Below, piece after piece: positions 1 to 9,782 of a stretch of 64,000 bases of DNA (the first letter of the stretch is position 1; each line of letters begins with the position of its first letter). The DNA is from a virus. The DNA is taken from positions 13,675 to 77,674 of the IMG/VR virus record IMGVR_UViG_3300042402_005180; one strand, written 5' to 3'. Both the position numbers and the translations under genes were made by a program. The notes under the pieces are model-generated. The model did no database searches. It was not told the origin of the DNA and saw only the letters and a list, made by a program, of their open reading frames with translations.

Positions 1-119
1 AACAGTCTAAAACCCAAACTAATGGAAGTAAAAACTATTCAATCTTCAATAAATCTTATAAAAATTTAAATAAGCCCAAAAATCTAGTAGTAGACCCTAC
101 AAGCGTGGAGCTAAATTAA
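1..119 (+). CDS. 3' end of a hypothetical protein (partial)
   Basis: Frame 3 is open from the window edge to TAA at 117-119, which overlaps the next ATG (TAATG). Confidence 0.5.
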   Translation, partial: QSKTQTNGSKNYSIFNKSYKNLNKPKNLVVDPTSVELN

Positions 120-535
120 TGAAAAAAATAATGTGGGAAAACTGGAATGAAAAAGAAAAAGAACTACTTGAGCCAGCTCAAGATCCATTTTTATTACCAA
201 ATGATATAGATAATGAAGAACAAAATGAAATAGAGCAATTATTATCTTCTTCGTCAATGTTATCTCCAATGATTGATTTTCAACAACCAATTATTCATAC
301 TCCATTTGGAGTTGTTCCATCTGATTCAGTTTTAAAGCCTTCAGATAGATGGGAATGCTGGATGGGATATACTAATTTTGACTTAACTCATCAAGTATCA
401 GATAAAATAAAGGTAATAAATGGTGTAGAAGCATTGAAGATAATGAGCAGATACACATTTTGTGTTGGGGTTGGTAAAATGTTTCAATTTACAAGTGTCA
501 GGAAGGAAATAGAGAATGCAATTTGTAAGCAATAA
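119..535 (+). CDS. hypothetical phage protein
   Basis: 138-aa ORF coupled to its neighbours; no recognised motif. Confidence 0.7.
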   Translation: MKKIMWENWNEKEKELLEPAQDPFLLPNDIDNEEQNEIEQLLSSSSMLSPMIDFQQPIIHTPFGVVPSDSVLKPSDRWECWMGYTNFDLTHQVSDKIKVINGVEALKIMSRYTFCVGVGKMFQFTSVRKEIENAICKQ

Positions 536-1052
536 AAAATTTAAAGAAGCTGTTGATAATGAATTTTATAAAAAGATCATGAGCAAAGTTTGTAGAGAAA
601 ATTTAAAAGGAGTTTGTACAAAAGAAGAAATGAATTCAATTATGATGACAACTTTACTAGATTGCTTGCAAAAGTTTGATAAGTCTAAAAATGTAAAATT
701 TTCATCTTATTTATATAGAAGTTTACAAAATAACACCAGAAGAATATATAAAAAGAAGTCCAAAGAGTTTAGCAACCAAGAATTTATAGAAAATTGCCAT
801 AGTATTGTAGATGAAAACTTTAAAAATAAAGAAGAAGTAAGAGACATTCTTATGTCTTTAGAAGATATAAATAAAGAATTACATCAAATTATTATTCAAA
901 AATTTTATTATGGAATGACAAATAAAGAGATTGGTCAAAAAAACGGCTATGGAAAAGAAGCGGCTCGAAAAAAAGTTAAAAAAGCCATCGAATTGTGCCA
1001 AGAAATTGTGTATAGTAATATGGGAAAAGGAACTTTAGCATCAGGACAATAG
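516..1052 (+). CDS. phage sigma-70-family RNA polymerase sigma factor
   Basis: Region-2-like LLDCLQKFDKSKNVKFSSYLY and region-4 HTH FYYGMTNKEIGQKNGYGKEAARKKVKKAI. Confidence 0.8.
   Translation: MQFVSNKKFKEAVDNEFYKKIMSKVCRENLKGVCTKEEMNSIMMTTLLDCLQKFDKSKNVKFSSYLYRSLQNNTRRIYKKKSKEFSNQEFIENCHSIVDENFKNKEEVRDILMSLEDINKELHQIIIQKFYYGMTNKEIGQKNGYGKEAARKKVKKAIELCQEIVYSNMGKGTLASGQ
1006..1020 (+). promoter_or_regulatory. putative phage promoter (TTGTGTATAGTAATA)
   Basis: The same TGTGTA+AT-rich motif recurs upstream of several genes (19557, 32575, 53061, 56434). Confidence 0.5.
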
Positions 1053-1091
1053 GAAATTAAGATTAAAACCATAAAAGTGAGGTAAATAGCT

Positions 1092-1730
1092 ATGGTTCCA
1101 AATCAGTCAGTTAATCCGTATTTAAATAATACAGCGGGTAGCACCTATACAGCTCAGAGACAAGGTGGTACTATCGTTGGTTTAACTTCTGCTACAACGA
1201 TAATTACAAAAGCAATTCTAGTTAAAGATATCAACACAAACGATATCACAAACGACACCCTTCCAAAAGTATCTTCAGGTGCAAAAGCATACAATACAGC
1301 CAAGATTCTTTCTGCTGGAACTTTTGCATACAACGCTGCAAAGAATGGAACATGGGTATTAACTCGTGTTACAACAACTCTTGCTGGCGTTTCAAAAACT
1401 TTCTTACAGTCTATGGCGAATGTTGGATACGCTCCATCATTAGCTTATTATGTAAGAAATAACTGGGTTGATACAACCAGTTTAATCCGCAAAATGCAAC
1501 TTAGCTTTACTGGCTATGATGCTTCTGGTTCAGGTTATGCTGGAAAGATTAAAGCCAGAACACCTTGGATCACAAGTCCAACTGCTACTGCTGGTACAGA
1601 CTTTGGTACTTCATCATCTTTACCAAGCAGAGCTTATCCGGGCGAATTGTACATCTTAACAAACTTTATTGATTACAAACCAGCTACAAGCTCAAATAAA
1701 TATTACTATTCTCCAATTACTGGTAAGTGA
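1092..1730 (+). CDS. putative virion structural protein
   Basis: Thr/Ser/Gly/Ala-rich, GAGG RBS, own promoter motif and terminator. Confidence 0.5.
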   Translation: MVPNQSVNPYLNNTAGSTYTAQRQGGTIVGLTSATTIITKAILVKDINTNDITNDTLPKVSSGAKAYNTAKILSAGTFAYNAAKNGTWVLTRVTTTLAGVSKTFLQSMANVGYAPSLAYYVRNNWVDTTSLIRKMQLSFTGYDASGSGYAGKIKARTPWITSPTATAGTDFGTSSSLPSRAYPGELYILTNFIDYKPATSSNKYYYSPITGK

Positions 1731-1749
1731 TTTCCTTTATTATTAAGTT

Positions 1750-1778
1750 GGGGTCGGGGAATCCCGGCCCCTTTTTTT
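1750..1778 (+). terminator. Rho-independent terminator
   Basis: GGGGTCGGG-gaat-CCCGGCCCC stem followed by T7. Confidence 0.85.
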
Positions 1779-1794
1779 AGGAGTATATCATATT

Positions 1795-2229
1795 ATGAGT
1801 AGTTTATTTAACTGGCATGAAGCATTACCAAATATTGGAGATTTCTTTAATAAAGTTGGATTTCCAATGGGCGTATGGTTGGTAACAGTATTTATATTGT
1901 ATAAACTATTTTATACCATTGGTTATAAAGCATTGTCTAAATTATGGAATAAAGTAGAGCCAATAATGGATGCGCACTTTGAACTAGTAACTAGTATGAA
2001 AGATAATCTTTCAAAGCAAACTGAGATTATGAGTGCAACAAATGTTCTTATTGAAACTAAACTTGATAAGCATACAATAATTTTAGAAGATCATAGCAAA
2101 GCTCTTGATAGGATGCTTAAAATGAGTGAAAAAAGAAATGAACTTCTTGAGCAAAATGGCTCAACTAAGAAATTAAAACCATCGCCCTCAAATAATGGAT
2201 CGGTAGGAAATATTCATGGGACTAAATGA
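1795..2229 (+). CDS. membrane protein with coiled coil (possibly holin-like)
   Basis: N-terminal hydrophobic segment VGFPMGVWLVTVFILYKLFYTIG; AGGAG RBS. Confidence 0.5.
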   Translation: MSSLFNWHEALPNIGDFFNKVGFPMGVWLVTVFILYKLFYTIGYKALSKLWNKVEPIMDAHFELVTSMKDNLSKQTEIMSATNVLIETKLDKHTIILEDHSKALDRMLKMSEKRNELLEQNGSTKKLKPSPSNNGSVGNIHGTK

Positions 2230-2401
2230 TAAAATCATAGAAATTTTGCTTAAACAGTTTAATTTTTCTCAGGCCGACCTTGACAAAGTGAAGGCGGTAC
2301 TGGATAATATAAATGTAAAAACGGTTGATGGCAAAACCTACATTGAAATCAGGGTAAACAAAGTAACAGTCGTATTAGAAGGCAATCAGAATGAATCTTA
2401 A
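2216..2401 (+). CDS. hypothetical protein
   Basis: ORF overlapping both neighbours. Confidence 0.6.
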   Translation: MGLNDKIIEILLKQFNFSQADLDKVKAVLDNINVKTVDGKTYIEIRVNKVTVVLEGNQNES

Positions 2402-2735
2402 TATTGGAAAAATTAGAATTACAGAGGAGATTGACCGTTATGATAGCGGTCTTCTCATGTTTAAGTTTAAACAGAATAAAATTGAATACCACTGTATCAG
2501 CATTCAACTGCTAAATGAAAGAGAAGGTTACTTAGCCTTTTTTCTATCTAAAGAGTTAGCAGATCTTTTTAAAAAGAGTGATTATAGTACAAAAGGTATG
2601 CAAGATTTATTTAAGGAAAAAATTGAAGAATTCTATTTTGTTTCATTTCAAGATGAAGACCCTGAAACTCAAGTAATTGAATACTGCGGATTTATTGAAA
2701 AAGAAGAAGTTTTTAAACTTTTCAACATAAAATAA
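2391..2735 (+). CDS. hypothetical protein
   Basis: ORF in operon. Confidence 0.65.
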   Translation: MNLNIGKIRITEEIDRYDSGLLMFKFKQNKIEYHCISIQLLNEREGYLAFFLSKELADLFKKSDYSTKGMQDLFKEKIEEFYFVSFQDEDPETQVIEYCGFIEKEEVFKLFNIK

Positions 2736-2745
2736 TTTAAAGGAC

Positions 2746-2940
2746 TTGATCATGAGAATTAACGTAGACAAGCTCAATGAAACAGTAAAAAAAGAGATCC
2801 CAAACACAGAAAATATTTCAAATCCAGATGGATTTTTTGGTTACTTTGAAGAGCGAGAAGGCTATAATAAATTAGTAGCATTTTGCTCACGTAACGATCA
2901 ATCAAAATTCACTTGGATTCATAAAGCGTATCAAGCATGA
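2746..2940 (+). CDS. hypothetical protein
   Basis: ORF with ATGA overlap to the next gene. Confidence 0.6.
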   Translation: MIMRINVDKLNETVKKEIPNTENISNPDGFFGYFEEREGYNKLVAFCSRNDQSKFTWIHKAYQA

Positions 2941-3410
2941 GACTAGACTGGGATCAATATTTTTTAGGAATGGCCCACTGGGCAGCTATTCGTTCTCACG
3001 ATAGCCAGACTCAAGTGGGCTGTATTATTGTTAATTCAGATAATCATATTATCAGTATTGGATATAACGGATTTCCTGCGAAAACTAATGACACTAATCT
3101 TCCAACGGTTAGGCCGGGAAAATATCCTTTTATGCTACATGCAGAACAAAACGCCATTAGCAACATGTTAATTAAACAAAATAATTTAAGAGCTTATATA
3201 ACAGCTAATCCATGTTCAACGTGTGCAAAGCTATTATGGCAAAATGATATAAAAGAATTAATAGTAGATAAAAAAGGCGTCATATATTCAATGAATCAAG
3301 GCGATATTGATGTTATGAAATTTTTGATAGAAAACGGTTTAAAAATAAGAAACATAGATTTTAATCAAGATATATTTGCGTATCTTGCCAATAAATTAAG
3401 AAGAGGATAA
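2937..3410 (+). CDS. dCMP deaminase (ComEB family)
   Basis: WDQYF start, GYNG, HAE and PCSTC zinc motifs. Confidence 0.93.
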   Translation: MRLDWDQYFLGMAHWAAIRSHDSQTQVGCIIVNSDNHIISIGYNGFPAKTNDTNLPTVRPGKYPFMLHAEQNAISNMLIKQNNLRAYITANPCSTCAKLLWQNDIKELIVDKKGVIYSMNQGDIDVMKFLIENGLKIRNIDFNQDIFAYLANKLRRG

Positions 3411-3413
3411 TAA

Positions 3414-5597
3414 ATGTCAATTAAAGCACTCCAAGACTATACTTTCACCGGAAAATATGCAAGATTTATTCCAGATAAAAAAAGAAGAGAAACGTACAAA
3501 GAAAGTGTTGATCGTGTTCGCAATATGATGCATAAGCAATATGCAGATAAGGGCGAAGAAGTAGGAAAGATGATCGATTGGGCATATGATATGATGCTCA
3601 AGAAAAAGGGACTCGGCTCACAACGAGCATTGCAATTTGGCGGAGACCCAATCTTCAAGCATAATGCTAGAATGTATAATTGTACAGTTTCTTTTGCAGA
3701 TCGTATAAGATTCTTTCAAGAGTGCATGTATATGCTTCTTTGCGGATGCGGAGTTGGATTCTCAGTTCAGTTTAAGCATATTGATAAATTACCAAATCTT
3801 TTAGATAGCAAATCTGGAAAAGTAAATTATACTATTCCTGACGATATTGAAGGGTGGAGCGATGCTGTCGGTATTTTAATTTCGTCATATTTTGATAGTG
3901 ATAGCGAATTTCAAGATTATAAAGGAAAAGAAGTTCAATTTATTTATGATAAAATTCGTAAAAAGGGAACAAGAATTTCTGGAGGAGGAAAGGCTCCCGG
4001 TCCAGAACCACTAAAAAGGGCATTAGATAAAATTAAAGACGTTCTTGATAAAGCTGTCCTGCGAGGCAATAAAAGAATCAAACCTATTGAAGTATACGAT
4101 ATAGTGATGCATTTTGCAGATGCTGTTATTTCTGGAGGAGTTCGCAGAAGTGCGACGATCTGCCTTTTTTCGCCAGAAGATAAAGAGATGGCTACCGCTA
4201 AAACTGGTAATTGGTTTATTGATAATCCTCAGCGGGGGCGATCTAACAATTCAGCATTGCTACTTCGAGAGAAGACAACTCCTGAACAATTCTCTGAACT
4301 AATGAAGTCAGTAAAAGAGTTTGGTGAGCCGGGATTTGTATGGGCTGACGATGAAGACTTTATTGTTAATCCTTGTGTTGAAATCGGTATGTATCCAGTT
4401 GATATTGAAACTGGTGAAAGCGGTTGGCAGGGATGTAATCTTTCTACTGTTAATTGTGCGAAAGTTAATACAGAAGAAGATTTTTATGATGCAGTTCGTG
4501 CTGTAACAATTATTGGAACTCTTCAAGCTGGATTTAATAATTTTCCATATTTAGGTAAAACTAGCGAAAAGATTTTTGCCAGAGAGGCTTTACTTGGCGT
4601 ATCAGGAACGGGCTGGTTTGAAAAGCCTGAAATTTGTTTAAATCCCGATATCCAAAGAAAGGCAGCAGAACTTGCAAAATCTACCAATAAAATGGTCGCA
4701 GCAGCAATCGGCATCAATCAGGCTGCGAGAGTCACGTGCGTTAAACCTGAAGGCACTGCTTCTTGTATTCTTGGTACTGCTAGCGGTATCCATCCTCATC
4801 ATGCTAAACGCTATATTCGTCGTGTTCAGGCAAATAAGATGGAAGCAATCTACCAACATTTCCAAAAATGTAATCCAAGAGCGTGCGAAGAATCTGTTTG
4901 GTCGGCCAATAGGACCGATGATGTAATTGCTTTTTGTATTGAAGTCCCTGATGGTAGCAAAACTAAGAACCAAATTACTGCTATTGAACTTCTTAAAACG
5001 GTAAAGTCAACTCAACAAAATTGGGTATTGTCGGGAACTAATAAGGAGCTTTGTACTAAGCCTTGGCTTAATCATAATGTCAGCAATACTATTAATGTTA
5101 AGCCAGCGGAATGGGAAGAGGTTGAGAAATTCATTTATGATAATCGTGAATTTTTCTGTGGGATTTCCTTGCTTCCAGTAACAGGAGATAAGGATTATCC
5201 TCAAGCTCCATTTACTACTGTGTATTTACCTAGCGAGATGATTGCACATTATGGCGATGGAGTCATGTTTGCAAGTGGTTTAATTGAAGTTGCTTTAACT
5301 TTATTTGAAGATAATCTTTGGGCAGCTTGCGATAGCCTTCTTGGACTAGGCGCTCCAATCAAAGGTAAGGCTAAAGAAGAATGGGTATCAAGATGTGGAA
5401 GATTTGCCAATAAGTACTTTGAAGGTGACGTAAAGAAGTTTACCTATTGCATGAAAGATATTTATAACTTTAAACTCTGGACTGAACTTAAGCGAGAGTA
5501 TGAAGATGTTGATTATACAGAAGTTCTTGAAGAATATGATGATACTCAATTGGAACAGGCAATGGCATGTACTGGTGGAGCTTGTGAAGTAGTATGA
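3414..5597 (+). CDS. nrdJ: class II (adenosylcobalamin-dependent) ribonucleoside-triphosphate reductase
   Basis: GGVRRSA, NPCVEI, CNL, CVKPEGT, C-terminal CTGGAC; no beta subunit nearby. Confidence 0.9.
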   Translation: MSIKALQDYTFTGKYARFIPDKKRRETYKESVDRVRNMMHKQYADKGEEVGKMIDWAYDMMLKKKGLGSQRALQFGGDPIFKHNARMYNCTVSFADRIRFFQECMYMLLCGCGVGFSVQFKHIDKLPNLLDSKSGKVNYTIPDDIEGWSDAVGILISSYFDSDSEFQDYKGKEVQFIYDKIRKKGTRISGGGKAPGPEPLKRALDKIKDVLDKAVLRGNKRIKPIEVYDIVMHFADAVISGGVRRSATICLFSPEDKEMATAKTGNWFIDNPQRGRSNNSALLLREKTTPEQFSELMKSVKEFGEPGFVWADDEDFIVNPCVEIGMYPVDIETGESGWQGCNLSTVNCAKVNTEEDFYDAVRAVTIIGTLQAGFNNFPYLGKTSEKIFAREALLGVSGTGWFEKPEICLNPDIQRKAAELAKSTNKMVAAAIGINQAARVTCVKPEGTASCILGTASGIHPHHAKRYIRRVQANKMEAIYQHFQKCNPRACEESVWSANRTDDVIAFCIEVPDGSKTKNQITAIELLKTVKSTQQNWVLSGTNKELCTKPWLNHNVSNTINVKPAEWEEVEKFIYDNREFFCGISLLPVTGDKDYPQAPFTTVYLPSEMIAHYGDGVMFASGLIEVALTLFEDNLWAACDSLLGLGAPIKGKAKEEWVSRCGRFANKYFEGDVKKFTYCMKDIYNFKLWTELKREYEDVDYTEVLEEYDDTQLEQAMACTGGACEVV

Positions 5598-6652
5598 GTT
5601 TATTCGGAGTCCCTCCAACTTTAATAAGATACGACCTACAAAGTTTAAAAATAAATAATGTAGGCGTATCAGGTATTCAAAATATATCTATAAGCCAAAC
5701 TTTAGATGCAACAACGATTCCTGCTTGGGGAAATCCATTTACGTCTAAAAATATATATAAAAAACCAAACATTGAAATATCTTTTAGTAAATTTATTTCT
5801 GACAATGTTAAACCACTTCCAATTGATGGAGCAATAACTGGAGTTAGTAAAACAGGATCTGTAATTCCTTCTGGAAGATTAGTTCCATCTCCATTGGATA
5901 TTGATTTATATATTTATAATTATCAAAATTCTGAAAACATATATCCAACAGGAATACAATTAAAAGACTGCTTGTTAAAATCTGTATCATATAGATTCCA
6001 AACAGAAGGATTTTTTACAGAAGATATTTCTTTTAGTTCTCATGCATTATTAAGCAGTGGAATGCCAAATGCAATAAAAGCAAATGAAGATAGTCCATCT
6101 TATGTAGCGCATAGTGGAAATGTAAAGAGAAGAAAAGATTTCTTTGTAAGCGGGATACCACCAGAAGTGTCAGGACACTTATCTAGCGGTCATGCTTTAT
6201 TATCAGTCGAAGTTACAATATCTTTTGACTATGGTGAAGTTCCTTCTTATGGAAGATTCTATACGGCTGCTAATAAATATGTAAGATATCCAATTGATGT
6301 GTCGTGTACTTTTGAAGTTCTTGATCGTGGATTTTATCCAGTAACAAATAACTTATTCCAAGATACAGGAACAATACCTGATACTTATGTATATTCGGGA
6401 ATTCCTAACCCTCCACCGTTTAGTGGAGAAATAAGAGCTTCTGGAAATATAAATGAAGTTGTAAATTCAGTTTTTGAAAATATGTATACCACTGGAATTT
6501 TATTAGGCATTAAAGATTCTTTAACAATAGATCTTGGGTCTAATAATTTCTTAACAAACAGAGAAAGAAGTGGAGGTGATGCTGGGCAAAATAACTACTC
6601 AACATATCGCTACACATATAAAAATACAACAAGCGAATTTACTTTATCATGA
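5594..6652 (+). CDS. tail-tube-like virion protein (paralog of 55339..56388)
   Basis: Colinear similarity: YPIDVSCTFEV vs FPIAVTCDFEV; LTIDLGSNNFLT..GGDAG vs LSIDLGTKNKLT..GGDTG. Confidence 0.65.
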   Translation: MSLFGVPPTLIRYDLQSLKINNVGVSGIQNISISQTLDATTIPAWGNPFTSKNIYKKPNIEISFSKFISDNVKPLPIDGAITGVSKTGSVIPSGRLVPSPLDIDLYIYNYQNSENIYPTGIQLKDCLLKSVSYRFQTEGFFTEDISFSSHALLSSGMPNAIKANEDSPSYVAHSGNVKRRKDFFVSGIPPEVSGHLSSGHALLSVEVTISFDYGEVPSYGRFYTAANKYVRYPIDVSCTFEVLDRGFYPVTNNLFQDTGTIPDTYVYSGIPNPPPFSGEIRASGNINEVVNSVFENMYTTGILLGIKDSLTIDLGSNNFLTNRERSGGDAGQNNYSTYRYTYKNTTSEFTLS

Positions 6653-6665
6653 AAGATCATAAATC

Positions 6666-7361
6666 ATGTCAACACGCAAAACAAGAAAAACCGCTCAAAG
6701 AGCAACAGCAAGTGCTATAACTAATCCGCATCGTAAAATACTTAAACCGAAAAGTATTAATCAAGAAAACTATATCATATCTATGGTTGAAAACGATATT
6801 ACAATTTGTACAGGTCCAGCAGGATCTGGCAAATCTTCGGTTGCTGTTGGTCTTGCGTGTAACTGGCTTTTAGAAAATAAAATAGAAAAAATCATAGTAA
6901 CAAGACCAGTTGTTGAAGCCGGTAGAGGGCTTGGATATCTTCCCGGTAGTAAAGATGAGAAGATACAACCCTATGTTATGCCAGTTCTTGAAGAGATGCA
7001 GCAATATCTTGGCAGAGAATTATTAAACAAACAGCTTGCTGCTGGAATTGTTGAACTCTGTCCACTTGAGTATATGAGAGGAAGAAACTTCCATCATTCA
7101 TTTATGATACTTGATGAAGCACAGAACGCAACGTATGAACAAATAAAAATGTTTTTAACTAGAATAGGAATGCATTCACGAGCAATTATTGAAGGCGATC
7201 CATATCAATCAGACCTACCCCTTTCTATGAGGGGTGCAATGATGGATATTAGAGACAAGCTATTTGGATTACAAGGAGTTGGAGTTTGTGAACTTCAGGC
7301 AACAGATATTGTTCGTAACCCTATAATCGGTCGAGTACTAGAAAGGCTAGAGACTAGATGA
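6666..7361 (+). CDS. phoH: PhoH family ATPase
   Basis: GPAGSGKS, TRPVVEAG, LGYLPG, MRGR, DEAQN, GDPYQSDL, DIVRNP. Confidence 0.95.
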   Translation: MSTRKTRKTAQRATASAITNPHRKILKPKSINQENYIISMVENDITICTGPAGSGKSSVAVGLACNWLLENKIEKIIVTRPVVEAGRGLGYLPGSKDEKIQPYVMPVLEEMQQYLGRELLNKQLAAGIVELCPLEYMRGRNFHHSFMILDEAQNATYEQIKMFLTRIGMHSRAIIEGDPYQSDLPLSMRGAMMDIRDKLFGLQGVGVCELQATDIVRNPIIGRVLERLETR

Positions 7362-7618
7362 GAAAGTATGTCGCTCCAATCATTGTTGCTGGAATCTTAA
7401 TAGGTAACTTAGCTTTATCTTATGCAGCAATGAAAGACATGAAAGAAGAATCTCAAGATATTAATGTTGAGATTATTGAACATTATAACTATATGATTGA
7501 TTTTGAAGAAAGAACAAAAGAAGAAGAGAGAATTATCAAAGAAGGATATGCCCATTTTCTATCTTATGTTTCTGAGGAATACTACGAGTCTAATCCAGAA
7601 GATAAACCAAGTTTTTGA
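7358..7618 (+). CDS. membrane-anchored hypothetical protein
   Basis: N-terminal hydrophobic helix, acidic tail. Confidence 0.65.
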   Translation: MRKYVAPIIVAGILIGNLALSYAAMKDMKEESQDINVEIIEHYNYMIDFEERTKEEERIIKEGYAHFLSYVSEEYYESNPEDKPSF

Positions 7619-7625
7619 GGAATTT

Positions 7626-7967
7626 ATGCCAACTTATCACTATGCTTGCAAAGAATGCAAAGAAGAATTCGAAGTCTTTCATTCAATCAAAGAACCATTA
7701 AGAACCATCTGTCCATTTTGCGAAAAAGCGGGCTTGTCGGTTGTTTTGGATGAGCCTCCTGTTATAATAAATAAAGAGGTGAAGACAATCGGCCAGCTCG
7801 CCGAAAAGAATGCCAAAAGCCTTGGGCGGTATGGACTTGAAGAAAAGATGGCAAAGGACGGCTCTTTAGAAAGAATTAAGCACAGAGAAAAAAGAGAGCT
7901 AAATAGTAAAATAGCAAAGCTGTCTCCAGAGAAACAACGGAAATTTATTGAAACAGGAAAACTATGA
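7626..7967 (+). CDS. FmdB-family zinc-ribbon protein
   Basis: MPTYHYACKEC...CPFC; start moved to ATG 7626 after GAGG RBS. Confidence 0.8.
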   Translation: MPTYHYACKECKEEFEVFHSIKEPLRTICPFCEKAGLSVVLDEPPVIINKEVKTIGQLAEKNAKSLGRYGLEEKMAKDGSLERIKHREKRELNSKIAKLSPEKQRKFIETGKL

Positions 7968-8212
7968 TAAGAGAAAAATTCAATGTAGGTCCACATATAG
8001 GAATACTAAAAGTGAATCTATATATCCATAGAATGTTAGATGATGGTAGTGTTGATCCTGAAATTGTAGATTGCACAGAAGAATTTCAAAATTTAAAAAT
8101 GACAAACAAAGGCGAGATTCATGTGGTAGGATATGATAAGAAGGATTGTATTGAAAAAGTAAAAAATATGCTTGAAAGTCTAGGAAAAACAAATGTCAAG
8201 AAACGAAAATGA
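7964..8212 (+). CDS. hypothetical protein
   Basis: ATGA-coupled ORF. Confidence 0.6.
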   Translation: MIREKFNVGPHIGILKVNLYIHRMLDDGSVDPEIVDCTEEFQNLKMTNKGEIHVVGYDKKDCIEKVKNMLESLGKTNVKKRK

Positions 8213-8549
8213 AAATATACAAGATCTTAATTTACCAGAAAAAGATGAAGTAAACGTAGAGTTTATCGAGAAGACAGGAAAATCAGGAGAAGAGCATAAC
8301 GCTGTTGCTAAAATTGCAACAATAGTAAACAAAGAAGAACAGAAAAAAACAATTAATTACTATGTAAAAATTGGAAGGGGTATGATATTTGATCCTTTTG
8401 GAATGGACTCTAATAAAATCAATGCCTACAATTTTCAATTTAAAAAAGCTGATGAGAAAGTTTTTTCATATTATTTACAGTATTTGAAAACACGAAGATC
8501 AATGTTTTTAACTTATGCTCAAAGAGAATTTCAAAATAAAGGATATTGA
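8193..8549 (+). CDS. hypothetical protein
   Basis: ORF in operon. Confidence 0.65.
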   Translation: MSRNENENIQDLNLPEKDEVNVEFIEKTGKSGEEHNAVAKIATIVNKEEQKKTINYYVKIGRGMIFDPFGMDSNKINAYNFQFKKADEKVFSYYLQYLKTRRSMFLTYAQREFQNKGY

Positions 8550-8851
8550 TTATGCCGAAGAAAAAGGTGGAAGTTCCAAAAACCAATATAAACAAAACAG
8601 TTAAAATGGGCAATGAAAATAAAAAGGTAAATATTACTGAACCTAAAGTAGCCCAGAAAAATGAGCCAAGTCCAAAAGGCTATCCTGAAACAAGAGAGTT
8701 GTTTGCTCATAAAAAAGATTATGGTGTAACTGCAATGACAGAGCAAGCGTCTATGAGGGCTGATGAAACAGCAAAAAATAGACAACCTACAAATGGATAT
8801 AATATTCCTCCAAGACTTGGAAATTGTGTTCGTAAAATTAGGGAAGACTAA
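8546..8851 (+). CDS. hypothetical protein
   Basis: ORF in operon (likely start ATG 8552). Confidence 0.6.
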   Translation: MIMPKKKVEVPKTNINKTVKMGNENKKVNITEPKVAQKNEPSPKGYPETRELFAHKKDYGVTAMTEQASMRADETAKNRQPTNGYNIPPRLGNCVRKIRED

Positions 8852-9348
8852 TGCTTTGTACAAGTTTCAATAAAGACATATTATTACTTTTAGATAAGCA
8901 AGAAATATTATGGAAGTGCATTCTTGATAATGGAACAGAAGTGTGGTCAGATTTTGACGCTTCTGACAAAAAAGATCCTTGGACAAGACTAAAAGAGTTC
9001 TGCTTTAATAATAATATAAAAGTAATTGAAGTAAGAGTTCTTTGCCCCGGAATGCCAGAGCAAACAATATTTCAAGATGACAATGGCCTTGATAAATTTT
9101 TTATTATAAGAGGGCTTTGCAAAGAACTAACCGATAATACTGATGTGATATACAAGTTCATGTCTTTTGGAATTGTTAAGAGTGACAACAAAATTCATGT
9201 TAAGAAATTTTATTGGCCACAATTCGCTCTTGGTGAAGACGAAGAGATCAGAGAAATAACTCCTGAAAATGAAAAGTTACTTTTTAAAAAAAGAATAATG
9301 TGCGAGGATAACTGTAAATGTCGGGAAAAAAAATCCAGACTGCATTAA
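8851..9348 (+). CDS. hypothetical protein
   Basis: TAATG-coupled ORF. Confidence 0.65.
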   Translation: MLCTSFNKDILLLLDKQEILWKCILDNGTEVWSDFDASDKKDPWTRLKEFCFNNNIKVIEVRVLCPGMPEQTIFQDDNGLDKFFIIRGLCKELTDNTDVIYKFMSFGIVKSDNKIHVKKFYWPQFALGEDEEIREITPENEKLLFKKRIMCEDNCKCREKKSRLH

Positions 9349-9782
9349 GTAAATACAAGTCTCCATCAACTGGAGACTTTTGTACTTCAGCACAATATGT
9401 TGCTGAATTAATTTGTCAGAAACTTGCAAAGCATGAAAAAGTAGGGACGCTCCCCTATAAGTTTTGGAATCTGCCAAAATGGAAAAAAATATATATTAGG
9501 CAAGTTTCGTTAGCAAATAAACTAATAAAAGAATACGGCGAAGAGTCTGTTATAAAATTTGTAAAGTCAAGTGCAGGTAAAAATACAATTTCTCTTGGAG
9601 CTAGAAATGTAAAAAAAGAAATTGAAAAAATTAAATTTGCTCTTGACAATACGCCAAAGCGTGATACAATTGAAATAATTGCGATTGAGCCACTTGAATT
9701 TAAACCAAGAAAATCATTTGGAACCAAAACGCTTGTAAATAGATTGAAAGATATAGAAAGTGACATGAATAACAATGGATAA
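9318..9782 (+). CDS. hypothetical basic protein
   Basis: GAGG RBS; ORF preceding recA. Confidence 0.65.
   Translation: MSGKKIQTALSKYKSPSTGDFCTSAQYVAELICQKLAKHEKVGTLPYKFWNLPKWKKIYIRQVSLANKLIKEYGEESVIKFVKSSAGKNTISLGARNVKKEIEKIKFALDNTPKRDTIEIIAIEPLEFKPRKSFGTKTLVNRLKDIESDMNNNG

Noticed and set aside
1795-2401. Lysis cassette
   Set aside because: Only one TM protein is present and there is no recognisable endolysin or spanin nearby, so the holin call stays tentative.
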